Source of the DNA: Hypanus sabinus | Lineage: Eukaryota | NCBI RefSeq assembly: GCF_030144855.1 | Contig: NC_082715.1 | Span: 146,568,001-146,632,000 of the forward strand | DNA: 64,000 bases | Direction: 5' to 3' | Part shown: one piece after another, positions 63,790 to 64,000 of the stretch | Layout of the letters: each line of letters opens with the position of its first letter | Position numbering within the stretch: position 1 is the first letter of the stretch | Translations under genes and position numbers: made by a program | The notes under the pieces: generated by a model | The model's database searches: none | What the model was told of the DNA's origin: nothing | The model's input: the letters and a program-made list of their open reading frames with translations, nothing else

Positions 63790-64000
63790 AAATTCATATA
63801 TCGATTTAAACAAAGCAGCTGGCTGTCGATTTCCGGAGGAATGGAGACGGGCTGACCCCTATTGGCATCAATGGATCTGGAGCTGAGATGGTAAACAGCT
63901 TTAAGTTTCTCGGCATCCACATCACCGAGGACCTGACATGGTCTGTACGTACCAGCTGTGTGGAGAAAAAGAAACAACAGCGCCTCTTTCACCTCAGACA
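63790..64000 (-). mobile_element. Rex1/Babar-type LINE fragment (runs off the window end)
   Basis: The plus strand reads FKFLGIHITEDLTW..KKKQQRLFHLR in one frame; same family as 7915-8650. Confidence 0.75.

Noticed and set aside
1-64000. CRISPR arrays, rRNA or prokaryotic operons
   Set aside because: Vertebrate intron-exon DNA; no regularly spaced repeat-spacer array or rRNA-like sequence seen.

Overview
Eukaryotic genomic DNA from a cartilaginous fish, probably a batoid ray (inferred from the IgL type and repeat families). The window holds a tandem array of immunoglobulin lambda-type (elasmobranch type II / NS3-like) light-chain clusters on the minus strand, each with a germline-joined VJ exon and no RSS. 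Five V-bearing units are visible. Unit 1 (216-733) has an intact leader and VJ; its C exon would lie left of the window. Unit 2 (about 20.1-20.3 kb) is a V fragment that has lost its promoter, leader, J and C. Unit 3 (36886-40295) is a complete L-VJ-C gene with an octamer/TATA promoter. Unit 4 (54150-55527) keeps an open VJ frame but has lost its start codon, the conserved Trp and most of C. Unit 5 (62688-62935) has a leader and FR1 stub cut by a hAT element. Units 1 and 2 also carry a much older, decayed VJ-C light-chain pseudogene on the plus strand, head-to-head with the lambda gene. The rest is transposon-derived: a full-length L1/Tx1 with a 13-bp TSD, two IR/DR Tc1 elements, CR1, Rex/Babar, hAT, Penelope pieces with degenerate hammerhead motifs, SINEs, a solo LTR and a possible Helitron. 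Two 200-N gaps make order and copy number across them uncertain. All alignments were done by eye; most TE boundaries are approximate.
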